Below, in pieces: positions 36,995 through 47,742 of a stretch of 64,000 bases of DNA. The translations under genes and the position numbers were made by a program. Positions within the stretch are counted from its first letter, which is position 1. Each line of letters begins with the position of its first letter. This stretch comes from Syntrophobacterales bacterium (GTDB lineage: Bacteria; Desulfobacterota; Desulfobaccia; Desulfobaccales; 0-14-0-80-60-11): NCBI GenBank assembly GCA_037388025.1, contig JARRKO010000039.1:10295-74294 (forward strand), given 5' to 3'. The notes beneath the pieces are model-generated. The model ran no database searches. It was not told the DNA's origin and was given only the letters and a program-made list of their open reading frames with translations.

Positions 36995-37255
36995 TCAAAT
37001 GGAAGATTCCAGGTCTTCCCGGTCCAGGAGCCCTTGGGACACCAGGGCCTCCTCCAGTTCGACCAGGGCTTGCTTGAACGCGGGATACAGATTCACCGCC
37101 AGAGATACCCCCTTGCGGGTGGGCACCCACTCGTCACCCTGGTCCGCCGGCACGTGCACCCGGATGTCCACCAGACGGCGGCCTTTGAATTCCGATAGCG
37201 ACAAAAAAATGGTTTCCCTGGCGTTTTTTGGCAGTTTGGCAATTACTTCGGACAT
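36995..37255 (-). CDS. PC4/YdbC-like (transcriptional coactivator p15 fold) ssDNA-binding protein
   Basis: Start at MSEVIAK with AAGGGGGAG SD. Text FKGRRLVDIRVH...W.PTRKG.S fits the bacterial PC4-like family. Confidence 0.55.
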   Translation of the reverse strand: MSEVIAKLPKNARETIFLSLSEFKGRRLVDIRVHVPADQGDEWVPTRKGVSLAVNLYPAFKQALVELEEALVSQGLLDREDLESSI

Positions 37256-37422
37256 GCATACTCCCCCTTGGCGGCCGGCGGTTGACTGCCGGCCTCGGAG
37301 AAAGACTTCGCCTATCTGGGGAAGTTTGTCAAGTCTGTTATGATTTTTGAGGGGAGGCCGGGGGAGTGCCACTCCCCTAGCCCCCTCCCTCAACAACTCG
37401 ATTCCATCCGAAAGAAACCGTT

Positions 37423-38901
<1,479 letters not shown>

Positions 38902-38916
38902 TCATGATATAACCTC

Positions 38917-39039
38917 GTTCCCAAGCTCAGCTTGGCAAACATTTTCAGTTCCCAAGCGGGAGCTTGGGAACCAGGTTTAAAAATGTAGGGCGGGCACCGC
39001 CCACCAATTTTTCATCGTTACCAAGCAGGAGCTTGGTAA
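38917..39039. repeat. Three copies of a GTTNCCAAGC-nnnn-GCTTGGNAAC hairpin interleaved with a GTAGGGCGGG-type hairpin
   Basis: CCAAGC-tca-GCTTGG (38921-38935); GTTCCCAAGC-ggga-GCTTGGGAAC (38948-38971); TTACCAAGC-agga-GCTTGGTAA (39018-39039); GGGCGG-gca-CCGCCC (about 38988-39002). Confidence 0.85.
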
Positions 39040-39062
39040 TCAAAATTAACGGGTAAAGTACC

Positions 39063-40103
39063 ATGCGTTATCTAAAATTAGGCAAAACCGGGTTGGAAGT
39101 CTCGGAGGTGGGGTTTGGCGGCATTCCCATCATCCGGCTGTCCATGGAGGAGGCCGTGGCGGTGCTGCGCCGGGCCTTGGAGCGGGGGGTTACCCTGTTC
39201 GATACCGCCAATCTCTACATGGACAGCGAGGACAAGTTCGGCCGGGCCCTGGCGGGGGAGCGCCAGCGATTGGTCCTGGCCACCAAAAGCATTAAAAGGG
39301 ATCGGGCCGGGGTAGAGGCCGACATCCACCAGAGTCTTACGAAAATGCGCACCGATTACCTGGACCTCTTTCAGTTCCACCAGGTTTCCCAGGAAGAAGA
39401 TGTCAACGCCATTACCGGCCCGGACGGGGCCATGGAAGGGGTGGTGCGTGCCCAGGAGGCCGGCAAGATTCGCCATATCGGCGTGACCTCCCATAGTATC
39501 ACGATGGCGCAACGCCTGGTGAAAACGGGGCTTTTTGCCACCATCCAGTTTCCCTTCAGTTTCGTAGAGGAGGCCGCGGCGGCAGAGCTTTTCCCCCTGG
39601 CCCGGGAGCAAAACCTGGGAATTCTGGCCATGAAGCCCTTTTGCGGCGGGCTGGTGGACCGGGCCCGGGTGGCCTTCGCCTATCTGCGCCAGTTTCCGGA
39701 CGTCATTCCCCTGCCCGGCTGGGACACGGTGGCGGGGGTGGACGAGGTGCTGGATCTCTATGCACAGGAAAACGTGGTCACCCCGGAGGACCGGGCCGCA
39801 TGGGTCCGCTACCGCGAGGAGTTGGGGGACAAATTCTGCCGGCGCTGCGAGTATTGCCAGCCCTGCCCCCAGGGCGTCAAAATCACTCCGGCCATGCTCT
39901 ACGGCATCGTGGCCCACCGCATGGGGCCGGAAAAGGCCGCCAAGTTTGCCGCCCCGATCATGGAGACCGTGAAGGAATGTATTGAATGCGGGGAGTGCGT
40001 AGAGCGTTGCCCCTATGGCCTCCCCATCCCGGAGACCATCCAGCACCACCTGGCCCTGTTTGAGGAACATTGCCGGGCCGCTGGGAAAACCAATGATCAG
40101 TGA
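39063..40103 (+). CDS. Aldo/keto reductase with C-terminal 4Fe-4S (ferredoxin-type) domain
   Basis: AKR N-terminal text (LGKTGLEVSEVGFGG) plus C-terminal CxxCxxC...CP motifs (CRRCEYCQPCP, CIECGECVERCP). Confidence 0.85.
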   Translation: MRYLKLGKTGLEVSEVGFGGIPIIRLSMEEAVAVLRRALERGVTLFDTANLYMDSEDKFGRALAGERQRLVLATKSIKRDRAGVEADIHQSLTKMRTDYLDLFQFHQVSQEEDVNAITGPDGAMEGVVRAQEAGKIRHIGVTSHSITMAQRLVKTGLFATIQFPFSFVEEAAAAELFPLAREQNLGILAMKPFCGGLVDRARVAFAYLRQFPDVIPLPGWDTVAGVDEVLDLYAQENVVTPEDRAAWVRYREELGDKFCRRCEYCQPCPQGVKITPAMLYGIVAHRMGPEKAAKFAAPIMETVKECIECGECVERCPYGLPIPETIQHHLALFEEHCRAAGKTNDQ

Positions 40104-40175
40104 TCAGTGGTTAGTAAATCAAAAGAATCCTGTCGTTGACTACTGATATCTGATTACTGGCCACTGATTTCTCGG
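40094..40175. repeat. Heptad tandem repeats (TGATCAG / TACTGAT types)
   Basis: tgatcag tgatcag tggttag ... tactgat atctgat tactggc cactgat. The first block starts inside the last codons of the AKR gene. Confidence 0.8.
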
Positions 40176-40317
40176 GTTATTCGCTGACTCTCAGCCGATT
40201 TTCCTTGACAGCATAAAAATAGTTATGCAATATTAAAAACTTGAAGTAACGTATTAAGCGTCTCAGCAGAGGTAAATCGAAAAAAGTTTGTATGGAAAAC
40301 AGTTGATGATTAAAGCG

Positions 40318-40362
40318 GCATCTGGATGCCCCCCGGGGACTTCCGAGATGCCTTTTTTATTG
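40318..40362 (+). promoter_or_regulatory. Long imperfect hairpin plus T6 run directly upstream of the thrS start (terminator/attenuator-like)
   Basis: GGCATCT...AGATGCC outer stem enclosing a GC-rich inner stem, followed by TTTTTTATT. Ends 12 nt before ATG 40374. Confidence 0.4.
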
Positions 40363-40373
40363 GCTATTCTGAT

Positions 40374-42290
40374 ATGAGAATTTCCCTTGCCGAAGGTTCC
40401 GCCCGCGATTTTCAGGACGGGACCACTGTAGCCCAAGCCCTGCAGGAACTGGGGGTGCCCACGAACCGCGAAGTGGTGGCCGCCAAGGTAAACGGCCATC
40501 TCATGGACCTGACCGCGCACCTTTCCCAGGACTCTACCTTAATCCCCATAAGTGTCAACTCCCCTGATGGCCTGGAAATCATGCGCCACAGCACTTCCCA
40601 CCTCATGGCCGAGGCAGTGCGGGATCTGTTCCCCGGGGTCAAAGTAGCCATCGGTCCGGCCATCGAGGCGGGCTTCTATTACGACTTCGACACCAAAGAG
40701 CCCTTTACCCCGGAAGACCTGGCCCGCATCGAGGTCAAGATGTCGGAGCTGGTGGCCCAGGATCTTTCCTTCGAGCGGGAAGAAATCCCCAGAGACGAGG
40801 CCATCCGCCGGTTTGAGGAGGAAGGGGAAACCTATAAGGTCGAGATCCTCCAGGACATCGACCAGAATGAGGTGAGTCTCTACCGCCAGGGGTCCTTCGT
40901 GGACCTGTGCCGGGGGCCGCACGTCCCTTCCACCGGCTACTTGCAAGCCTTCAAACTCACCGGCATCTCCGGCGCCTATTGGCGGGGCGATGAGCGCCTC
41001 CCCATGCTGCAGCGCATTTACGGTACGGCCTTCCCCACCCGGGAAGAGCTGGAGCGCCACCTGGAACTCATAGAGGAGGCCAAACGCCGGGACCACCGCC
41101 GCCTGGGGAAGGAACTGGAGCTTTTTTCCATCGAAGACGAAGCCGGACCGGGGTTGGTGATTTACCACCCCAAAGGCGCGTTGCTGCGGAGCCTCATCGA
41201 GGACTTCGAGCGCAAGCTCCACCTAAAACGCGGTTACCTCATGGTCATGGGACCCCAGATGCTCCGGGCCGACCTTTGGGCCAAATCCGGCCATATGGAA
41301 AACTATAAGGATCACATGTACTTCACCGAGGCCGAGGGGCAGGTTTACGGCATCAAACCCATGAACTGCGTGGCCCACATGCTCATTTACAAGTCCCGGG
41401 TCCGGAGCTATCGGGAACTGCCCCTGCGCTTTTTCGAGCTCGGCACGGTGCTGCGCCATGAGCGTTCCGGGGTCCTGCACGGGCTCACCCGGGTGCGCCA
41501 GTTTACCCAGGACGACGCGCACATCATCTGCACCCCCGACCAGGTGGAAAGTGAAATTCTCGGCATCCTGGACATGGTGGCCGAAGTCATGGCCGTGTTC
41601 GGCTTCGAGTATGAAGTGGAACTTTCCACCCGGCCCGAAAAATCCATCGGCACCGACGTGGACTGGGACCTGGCCACTAATGCCCTTACCGGCGCGCTTA
41701 AGACCCGGGGGCTACCCTACCACATCTGTGAGGGAGAAGGCGCGTTTTACGGTCCCAAAATTGACGTCAAGCTCAAGGACGCCTTGGGCCGCAGTTGGCA
41801 GTGCGCCACCATCCAGTGCGACTTCACCCTGCCGGAGCGCTTCGACCTCACTTACGTGGGCGCGGATGGGGGCCGCCATCGCCCGGTCATGCTGCACCGG
41901 GTGGTCCTGGGGTCCCTGGAGCGCTTTTTAGGGGTGCTGGTGGAGCATTTTGCCGGCGCTTTTCCGGTGTGGCTGGCCCCGGTGCAGGCCATTTTGCTGC
42001 CCATCACTGACCGGGTCCACGACTATGCCCGGGAAGTGGCCCAAAAGATGCTGGCCGCCGACCTGCGAGTGGAAACTGACCTCAGGCCCGAGACTCTGCG
42101 CTATAAAATCCGGGAGGCCCAGTTGCAAAAAATTCCCTATATGGTGGTGGTGGGGGACCGGGAAGCGGCTCAACGCACCCTCTCTCCCCGCCTCCGTGAC
42201 GGCACTGAGTTGAAGGACCTGGACATCGAAACTTTTATAAACCGGCTGAAAAATGAAAGCCGCATTCCCTTCCCTGGAGAAGATATTTGA
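40374..42290 (+). CDS. thrS: Threonine--tRNA ligase
   Basis: TGS-domain start [13 protein letters not shown], class II core and editing-domain text. An earlier ATG at 40326 is possible but lies inside the leader hairpin. Confidence 0.92.
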   Translation: MRISLAEGSARDFQDGTTVAQALQELGVPTNREVVAAKVNGHLMDLTAHLSQDSTLIPISVNSPDGLEIMRHSTSHLMAEAVRDLFPGVKVAIGPAIEAGFYYDFDTKEPFTPEDLARIEVKMSELVAQDLSFEREEIPRDEAIRRFEEEGETYKVEILQDIDQNEVSLYRQGSFVDLCRGPHVPSTGYLQAFKLTGISGAYWRGDERLPMLQRIYGTAFPTREELERHLELIEEAKRRDHRRLGKELELFSIEDEAGPGLVIYHPKGALLRSLIEDFERKLHLKRGYLMVMGPQMLRADLWAKSGHMENYKDHMYFTEAEGQVYGIKPMNCVAHMLIYKSRVRSYRELPLRFFELGTVLRHERSGVLHGLTRVRQFTQDDAHIICTPDQVESEILGILDMVAEVMAVFGFEYEVELSTRPEKSIGTDVDWDLATNALTGALKTRGLPYHICEGEGAFYGPKIDVKLKDALGRSWQCATIQCDFTLPERFDLTYVGADGGRHRPVMLHRVVLGSLERFLGVLVEHFAGAFPVWLAPVQAILLPITDRVHDYAREVAQKMLAADLRVETDLRPETLRYKIREAQLQKIPYMVVVGDREAAQRTLSPRLRDGTELKDLDIETFINRLKNESRIPFPGEDI

Positions 42291-42829
42291 GTTTGAGGAG
42301 AAGAGCTACCATCCATAGACCCCCTCCACAGCGGGTCAGAGTTAACACCAATATCAGGGCCCCCGAAGTGCGTCTCATCGGCGAAGACGGTCAGCAGATC
42401 GGGGTGATGGATGTCAAAGACGCCCTGGCCCATGCCGCCAAGTCCAATCTGGATCTGGTGGAAGTGGCCCCCCAGGCCAACCCGCCGGTCTGCCGCATTA
42501 TGGACTATGGCAAGTACAAGTACCAGCAAAGCAAGAAGCAGCAGGAGGCCCGGCGCCGTCAGACCACCATCCAGGTCAAGGAAGTCAAGGTACGCCCCAA
42601 GATCGAAGAGCACGACATGAATTTCAAACTCAAGAACATCCGGCGATTCTTGGCGGACCGGGACAAAGTCAAGGTGACCATGATCTTCCGAGGCCGGGAG
42701 ATGGCCCACCAGGATCGGGGTTACCTTATCCTCAAGCAGATGGCTGAAACTCTGGATGATGTGGGTCAAGTGGAGCAGGAGCCCAAACACGAAGGGCGCA
42801 CCCTCTTCATGATCATCGCTCCCAAGTGA
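42287..42829 (+). CDS. infC: Translation initiation factor IF-3 (non-ATG start)
   Basis: [18 protein letters not shown]...[14 protein letters not shown]. No in-frame ATG near the N-terminus. Candidate starts: TTG 42287 (GGAGA SD, overlaps thrS stop), TTG 42293, ATC 42311 (GAGGAG SD). Confidence 0.88.
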   Translation: MSLRRRATIHRPPPQRVRVNTNIRAPEVRLIGEDGQQIGVMDVKDALAHAAKSNLDLVEVAPQANPPVCRIMDYGKYKYQQSKKQQEARRRQTTIQVKEVKVRPKIEEHDMNFKLKNIRRFLADRDKVKVTMIFRGREMAHQDRGYLILKQMAETLDDVGQVEQEPKHEGRTLFMIIAPK

Positions 42830-42913
42830 AAATTATCCGCGGTTGCAGTTTTTGGTTTTCAGTTTGAAAATTTTAATTATATAATTAAAATTTGTGTTTT
42901 GATTTGGTGATCC

Positions 42914-42934
42914 CCCCGTCGAGTCGGGGTTTTT
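42914..42934 (+). promoter_or_regulatory. Short GC hairpin plus T run between infC and rpmI
   Basis: CCCCG-tcgagt-CGGGG followed by TTTTTG. Confidence 0.3.
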
Positions 42935-42967
42935 GTAAAGATTGACAGCACTGAACGAGGACAACTC

Positions 42968-43165
42968 ATGCCTAAAATAAAAACCCACCGGGGTGCGGCC
43001 AAACGCTACAAGAGCACTGGCAGCGGGCGCCTGAAGCATAAACGGCCTGGCCACAGCCATCTGTTGACGGGAAAGGCCAGGAAACGCAAGCGCCAGCAGC
43101 GCCTGCCGGCTTATGCCCATGCCGCCGAAAAGAAAGGCCTGATGAGGCTTCTGCCCTATATCTGA
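42968..43165 (+). CDS. rpmI: 50S ribosomal protein L35
   Basis: [15 protein letters not shown]..., 65 aa. Confidence 0.92.
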   Translation: MPKIKTHRGAAKRYKSTGSGRLKHKRPGHSHLLTGKARKRKRQQRLPAYAHAAEKKGLMRLLPYI

Positions 43166-43180
43166 AAAGAGGAGTAAGCC

Positions 43181-43534
43181 ATGCCACGCGTTAGGAAAAA
43201 GGTAGCCTCCCGGGCCCGCCGCCGGAAGTACCTGAAACTCGCCAAAGGCTACCGCAGCGGCCGCCGCCGCCTGTACCGCTCGGCCAGGGAGGCGGTGGAA
43301 CGGGCCCTGTGCTTTGCCTATCGGGACCGGAAGGTGCGCAAACGGGAATTCCGCAGTCTGTGGATCACCCGTATCAACGCGGCCTTGCGGCCTATGGGGA
43401 TGTCCTACAGCAAATTCATCGGCGGTTTGAAGAAAGCCGATATCGCCCTGGACCGCAAGACCCTGGCGGACCTCGCCATCCATGCTCCCCAGGTGTTCGC
43501 CCATATTGTCGACCAATCCCGCCCGGCCGCTTGA
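43181..43534 (+). CDS. rplT: 50S ribosomal protein L20
   Basis: [26 protein letters not shown]..., 117 aa. Confidence 0.93.
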   Translation: MPRVRKKVASRARRRKYLKLAKGYRSGRRRLYRSAREAVERALCFAYRDRKVRKREFRSLWITRINAALRPMGMSYSKFIGGLKKADIALDRKTLADLAIHAPQVFAHIVDQSRPAA

Positions 43535-43559
43535 GGAAGGTAGGATAATTGTTTGTGGG

Positions 43560-43598
43560 GGGAGGGCTAGGGACCTAAGTCCCCTACCCTCCCTTTAT
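43560..43598 (+). promoter_or_regulatory. Hairpin with internal loop plus T-rich tail between rplT and pheS
   Basis: GGGAGGG-cta-GGGAC-ctaa-GTCCC-cta-CCCTCCC followed by TTTAT. Confidence 0.35.
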
Positions 43599-43615
43599 AC
43601 TTACAGAGGCAACTC

Positions 43616-44635
43616 ATGACGGCAATAGAGCAGGAAATCGCGGCACTATCCGAGACAGCCCTGGGGGAGGTACCCCAGGCGGCCAGCCCCGAAGAACTGG
43701 AAGCCCTCCGGGTGAAATACCTGGGTCGCAAAGGCTCCCTTACCAAGGTTCTGCGAGGCCTCAAGGACCTGGACCCGGATCTGCGCCGCCAGGTGGGCGC
43801 CCAGGCCAACCGGGTCAAGGAAAGCCTTGAAACCGCGCTGGCCCATGCCCACATCGGGCTCAAAGAAGCCGCGGCCCGGGCCGCGGCCCCAGCCATCGAC
43901 GTCACCCTGCCCGGCCGCCGGGGTCCTTTGGGACGCCTTCACCCCCTCACCCGCATCATGGATGAGATGTGCGACATCTTCCTGCACCTGGGTTTCGAGG
44001 CCGTCACCGGCCCGGAAGTGGAGCTGGACTGGTATAACTTCGAGGCCCTTAACATCCCCCCGGACCACCCGGCCCGGGACATGCAGGACACCTTCTATTT
44101 CGACGACAAGGTGCTGCTCCGCACCCACACCTCCCCCATGCAGATCCGGGTCATGGAAAAACGCCAGCCCCCGGTGCGCATCATCGCGCCGGGCAAGGTC
44201 TACCGCCGGGACTCGGACATGACCCACTCCCCCATGTTCCATCAGGTGGAAGGACTTTTAGTGGACCGGGGCGTCACCTTTGCCGACTTGAAGGGGGTCC
44301 TTACCGAGTTCGTGCACCAGATGTTCGGCCCCGAGGTGGGCCTGCGCTTCCGGCCCAGCTACTTCCCCTTTACCGAGCCGTCGGCCGAGATCGACATTGC
44401 CTGCGTTATTTGCCGGGGAGAGGGCTGCCGGGTCTGCAAGATCACCGGCTGGCTGGAGATTTTGGGGGCCGGCATGGTCCACCCCGCGGTGTTCGAAGCC
44501 GTGGGTTACGACCCGGAAGAGTACACCGGCTTCGCCTTCGGCCTGGGGGTGGAGCGCGTCGCCATGCTGAAATACGGTATTGACGACATCCGCCTGTTCT
44601 TCGATAACGACCTGCGTTTTTTACGGCAATTCTGA
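43616..44635 (+). CDS. pheS: Phenylalanine--tRNA ligase alpha subunit
   Basis: 339 aa. [11 protein letters not shown] and [12 protein letters not shown] motifs. No pheT follows in this window. Confidence 0.93.
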   Translation: MTAIEQEIAALSETALGEVPQAASPEELEALRVKYLGRKGSLTKVLRGLKDLDPDLRRQVGAQANRVKESLETALAHAHIGLKEAAARAAAPAIDVTLPGRRGPLGRLHPLTRIMDEMCDIFLHLGFEAVTGPEVELDWYNFEALNIPPDHPARDMQDTFYFDDKVLLRTHTSPMQIRVMEKRQPPVRIIAPGKVYRRDSDMTHSPMFHQVEGLLVDRGVTFADLKGVLTEFVHQMFGPEVGLRFRPSYFPFTEPSAEIDIACVICRGEGCRVCKITGWLEILGAGMVHPAVFEAVGYDPEEYTGFAFGLGVERVAMLKYGIDDIRLFFDNDLRFLRQF

Positions 44636-44679
44636 TTTCGCTGTTTTCTATTGCGCCCCTTCGCCAGCCTCCCCAGCAT

Positions 44680-44708
44680 AAAAAAGCCCGGAAGCACCGC
44701 TTTCGGGC
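44680..44708 (-). terminator. Intrinsic terminator for the lipoprotein gene (minus strand)
   Basis: Minus strand GCCCGAAAGC-ggt-GCTTCCGGGC (10 bp with one G-U pair) followed by TTTTTT. Confidence 0.55.
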
Positions 44709-44755
44709 CCAGGTGAATCATTGAAAATCCAGTACCACCTTTTTCTGTTTTACCT

Positions 44756-45151
44756 TTATTCAACCCCCAAATTTCTCATGACAGTCCGGTGAAAATAGGC
44801 CGACTGGTCCTTGTTGCCCATGAAGCCGAAGCGCACCGCGACGGTGGTGATATCATTGGGTCGGGCGGTCAAGTTGATATTCACCTTGGTGCCGTCCGGG
44901 GTGGATGCCAGGATACTGCTGTTCGTAGGAGTGTAATTTTCTTTTTCGATGGTCAATCGCAAGGTTTGGCAAGCGGCGACGCAGGCCTGATAGGTGGGCT
45001 CCATGGGCCGGGGATAGTCCTTGGTCATGGTACCTTCCGCCCACTGGTAGGCGCCGATCCCCAAGGCCGCGCCTACTGCCATGAGACAGCCGCCCAGCCA
45101 AACTACCATGAGAAGTATCCCCGCAAGCTTATATCCACTTTTACGCAGCAT
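44756..45151 (-). CDS. Lipoprotein (DUF3568-like)
   Basis: Signal peptide with lipobox WLGGC, 131 aa. Confidence 0.6.
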   Translation of the reverse strand: MLRKSGYKLAGILLMVVWLGGCLMAVGAALGIGAYQWAEGTMTKDYPRPMEPTYQACVAACQTLRLTIEKENYTPTNSSILASTPDGTKVNINLTARPNDITTVAVRFGFMGNKDQSAYFHRTVMRNLGVE

Positions 45152-45332
45152 AATTCATCCTCCCCCTGTGTTAACCTTATCCGCTCTTATGCCATCAATA
45201 CCCGGATATGTCAACGCCTGGCAGAGAAAGAAGGGAAAAACCTAAAAGTTGATGCTTATATTGGGGGGGATCCTTTTGTGGCAGGCACGATGCGGGTGAA
45301 AAAAGTATCTTCCACCCGAGCCGGTGACCCGG

Positions 45333-45986
45333 TCAGGATTTCTTGGCGCTGCCTTGGGCCTTTTGCCCGAAATCACAGTAAGGCAACAGGGGACATAGGG
45401 GGCACTTGGGGTTGCGGGCCACGCAGATTTGGCGGCCGTGCCAGATCATCTGGTGGGAAAATTTCACCCAACGCTCCTTGGGGATGAGGGGCATAAGGTC
45501 AAACTCGATCTTCACCGGGTCCTTTTCTTTGGTAAGCCCCAGACGTTGGGAGACCCTTCCCAAGTGAGTGTCCACAAAAATACCGGGGATGCCGAAGGCG
45601 TTCCCCAAGACCACATTGGCGGTCTTGCGGCCGATGCCCGGCAGTTTCACCAACTCTTCCAGAGAACCCGGCACCTTGCCGCCGAAGTTTTCCACCAGCT
45701 GCTGGCACAAGGACTTGATACTTTTTGCCTTGTTATGAAAAAAGCCGGTGGGCCGGATCATCTCTTCCAACTTCTCCAGAGGGGCCTCGGCATAATCCTT
45801 AGCGGTGGGATATTTGGCAAACAAAGCCGGTGTCACCTGGTTGACCCTGACATCGGTGCACTGGGCGGACAGGACCGTGGCCACCAGCATCTCCAGGGGG
45901 TTGGTGAAATCCAGGGTAACATGGGCCTCCGGATAATGCTGATCCAACAACTTTAGAATCGGTCCCACTTTCTCCGCCGCAGTCAT
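45333..45986 (-). CDS. nth: Endonuclease III
   Basis: HhH-GPD text (LPGIGRKTANVVL) and C-terminal CX6CX2CX5C cluster. Confidence 0.9.
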   Translation of the reverse strand: MTAAEKVGPILKLLDQHYPEAHVTLDFTNPLEMLVATVLSAQCTDVRVNQVTPALFAKYPTAKDYAEAPLEKLEEMIRPTGFFHNKAKSIKSLCQQLVENFGGKVPGSLEELVKLPGIGRKTANVVLGNAFGIPGIFVDTHLGRVSQRLGLTKEKDPVKIEFDLMPLIPKERWVKFSHQMIWHGRQICVARNPKCPLCPLLPYCDFGQKAQGSAKKS

Positions 45987-46058
45987 GGGGCCTCCAGGGA
46001 ATTGAATGAAATGTGGGGGAGGGGGCCAGGGGCCCTTGCCCTACCGCCGACATTTGTC

Positions 46059-46109
46059 GGGAGCACAGGCTTCCAGCCTATGCCACACAGGCAAGATGCC
46101 TGTGCTCCC
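46059..46109. repeat. GC-rich hairpin element (GGGAGCACAGGC ... GCCTGTGCTCCC)
   Basis: 12-bp outer inverted repeat. The inner part resembles the CACGGGCT-tcc-AGCCCGTG family and includes CACAGGCA-aga-TGCCTGTG. Confidence 0.8.
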
Positions 46110-46185
46110 GGAAGGAAAAAGGGCAATGGCTTGAGGTACTAACAACAGGCCACTGCCCTCTTTAGTCCTTATATCTGTTTTCACC

Positions 46186-46767
46186 TTATAAATTCAGCAT
46201 TTGCTGCTTGCGGTCTTCGAGTACAGGCTCGAATTGGTCCAGGAGGTTTCCTTCGAACTTGCGCCATTCCTGTTGGAACTCAGGCAGGTTTTCCACATCC
46301 AGACGGACCTTGGTTTTAAGCTGGGCTTCCAAAGCCCGGGTATAGTTACCCAGGGTTTGCATGAAGCTGTTTTTCATCTGCTGGAGCGCGGTATTGCGGG
46401 CCATGAGGAACTGTTGCAAGAGCTGGTCTATTTCCTGTTTGATACGACCCATGGCCTTTTTATTGGTGGCCACCACCATGATGCCTTCCAGGGCCTTATT
46501 CAGCCGGGAGTCGATAGTCTCTTCCTTGGGAAAGGTGATGTTCCTCAGAAAGACCTCTTTCATGGCGACGCGGGCCAGGGGCTGGGCCTCGGGGGACAAG
46601 ACGGCCAGTTCTTTCTCCAGGTCTATTTCTTCTTCTTTTAGGTATTGAACGGCCCATTGCCGTCCTTGCTCTTTGTATTTATCCTGGAGTAGGTCTTCTT
46701 TGGTGGCCCGGCCGTATTGCTCGGCCTTTTCCAGGGCCAGTTCCAGGGCGCTTTTAATTTCGGCCAC
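46186..46767 (-). CDS. Hypothetical helical protein
   Basis: 193-aa ORF with coding-like composition. No family recognised. Confidence 0.55.
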   Translation of the reverse strand: MAEIKSALELALEKAEQYGRATKEDLLQDKYKEQGRQWAVQYLKEEEIDLEKELAVLSPEAQPLARVAMKEVFLRNITFPKEETIDSRLNKALEGIMVVATNKKAMGRIKQEIDQLLQQFLMARNTALQQMKNSFMQTLGNYTRALEAQLKTKVRLDVENLPEFQQEWRKFEGNLLDQFEPVLEDRKQQMLNL

Positions 46768-46811
46768 GCGTGCTCACTTTCTTCCCCACCTGGGGAGTCT
46801 TAGCAGGTCCC

Positions 46812-47096
46812 TCATTTAATCTTGGGCGAAGCCGCAGTGTCGCCCGCGTCGGAGGTTTTCCCGGCACCGGTGTCTCCTGAGTCCTTGCCGGAGTCGGGGG
46901 TGGCGGAATTCGGCCGGCTGCTCTTATAATCGCTGACGTACCAGCCACCGCCTTTAAGATGAAAGGCACAGTTGCTGATAAGTTTGGTCAGAGGGCCGCC
47001 GCACGCGGGACAGGTGCTCAGGGGCTCATCGGAAAACTTCTGCCAGGACTCGGTAACGTGTCCGCACGCGGCGCATTGATACTCATAGATGGGCAT
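46812..47096 (-). CDS. FmdB-family zinc-ribbon protein
   Basis: [13 protein letters not shown]...CPACGG signature with a low-complexity tail. Confidence 0.8.
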   Translation of the reverse strand: MPIYEYQCAACGHVTESWQKFSDEPLSTCPACGGPLTKLISNCAFHLKGGGWYVSDYKSSRPNSATPDSGKDSGDTGAGKTSDAGDTAASPKIK

Positions 47097-47620
47097 ATTT
47101 CACAACCTCCTTGCCATTGGTCCTCGTAATAACGGATAACCGGCCCCAGTTCCAGATAGTTCAGAGGGGCCAGGATTTTCCAGGTCAAACGGTGCACCCG
47201 GGCTTCTTCTTCATCCTTTTCCTGGGGAGAAGAGTCAAACAAGGCCTCAAACCGGCTGAACCGCACGATGTGCACCAATTCGTGGGTCAGGATGTAACAC
47301 AGCAAGGGGAACAGCCTCAGGTCTTGCCGGGAGGCCAGGGCCTTCAGGATGTTGTGGTCCTGGAGGCAGACCCGGTAAAAATCGAAGGTTGAAGATTTGA
47401 GCACCCGGCCCGGCGGGCAGCCGTCATATTTGGCCACCAGGGCCAAGGCGTGGGGGGACACCTCCTCTTCCCTGAGGTGAGCCAGGGTGGAAATGTCATA
47501 GCGGGCCGTGAGCCAGTGGCGGTTGGTGAGCTTGAAAAAGTCCGAGGTTATCTCCTCGGCCACTGCCAGCGCCTCTCTCAGGGGTTCCCGATGCTTTGGT
47601 TGGAAGTATTGGATTTCCAT
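47018..47620 (-). CDS. Hypothetical protein with HExxH motif
   Basis: 200 aa containing [11 protein letters not shown]. The 3' end overlaps the FmdB-like gene by 79 nt according to the ORF track. Confidence 0.5.
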   Translation of the reverse strand: MEIQYFQPKHREPLREALAVAEEITSDFFKLTNRHWLTARYDISTLAHLREEEVSPHALALVAKYDGCPPGRVLKSSTFDFYRVCLQDHNILKALASRQDLRLFPLLCYILTHELVHIVRFSRFEALFDSSPQEKDEEEARVHRLTWKILAPLNYLELGPVIRYYEDQWQGGCEICPSMSINAPRADTLPSPGRSFPMSP

Positions 47621-47742
47621 AACTTCAATCTATAAATTTATTCATCTTCCCTTGCCTTGTCAACCGCCCTTTGTTATGAAAAAATTATGAGAAAAACCAT
47701 GTCTAGTCAGAAAAACAGGGAGGCTCATCCCTGGTACCGGCC

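Noticed and set aside
47037-47100. While hand-translating this line I obtained a 1-nt register conflict with two track ORFs (46812-47096 and 47018-47620).
   Set aside because: Most likely a manual reading or counting slip on my side. I kept the track coordinates and note that my hand-counted motif positions may be off by 1-2 nt.
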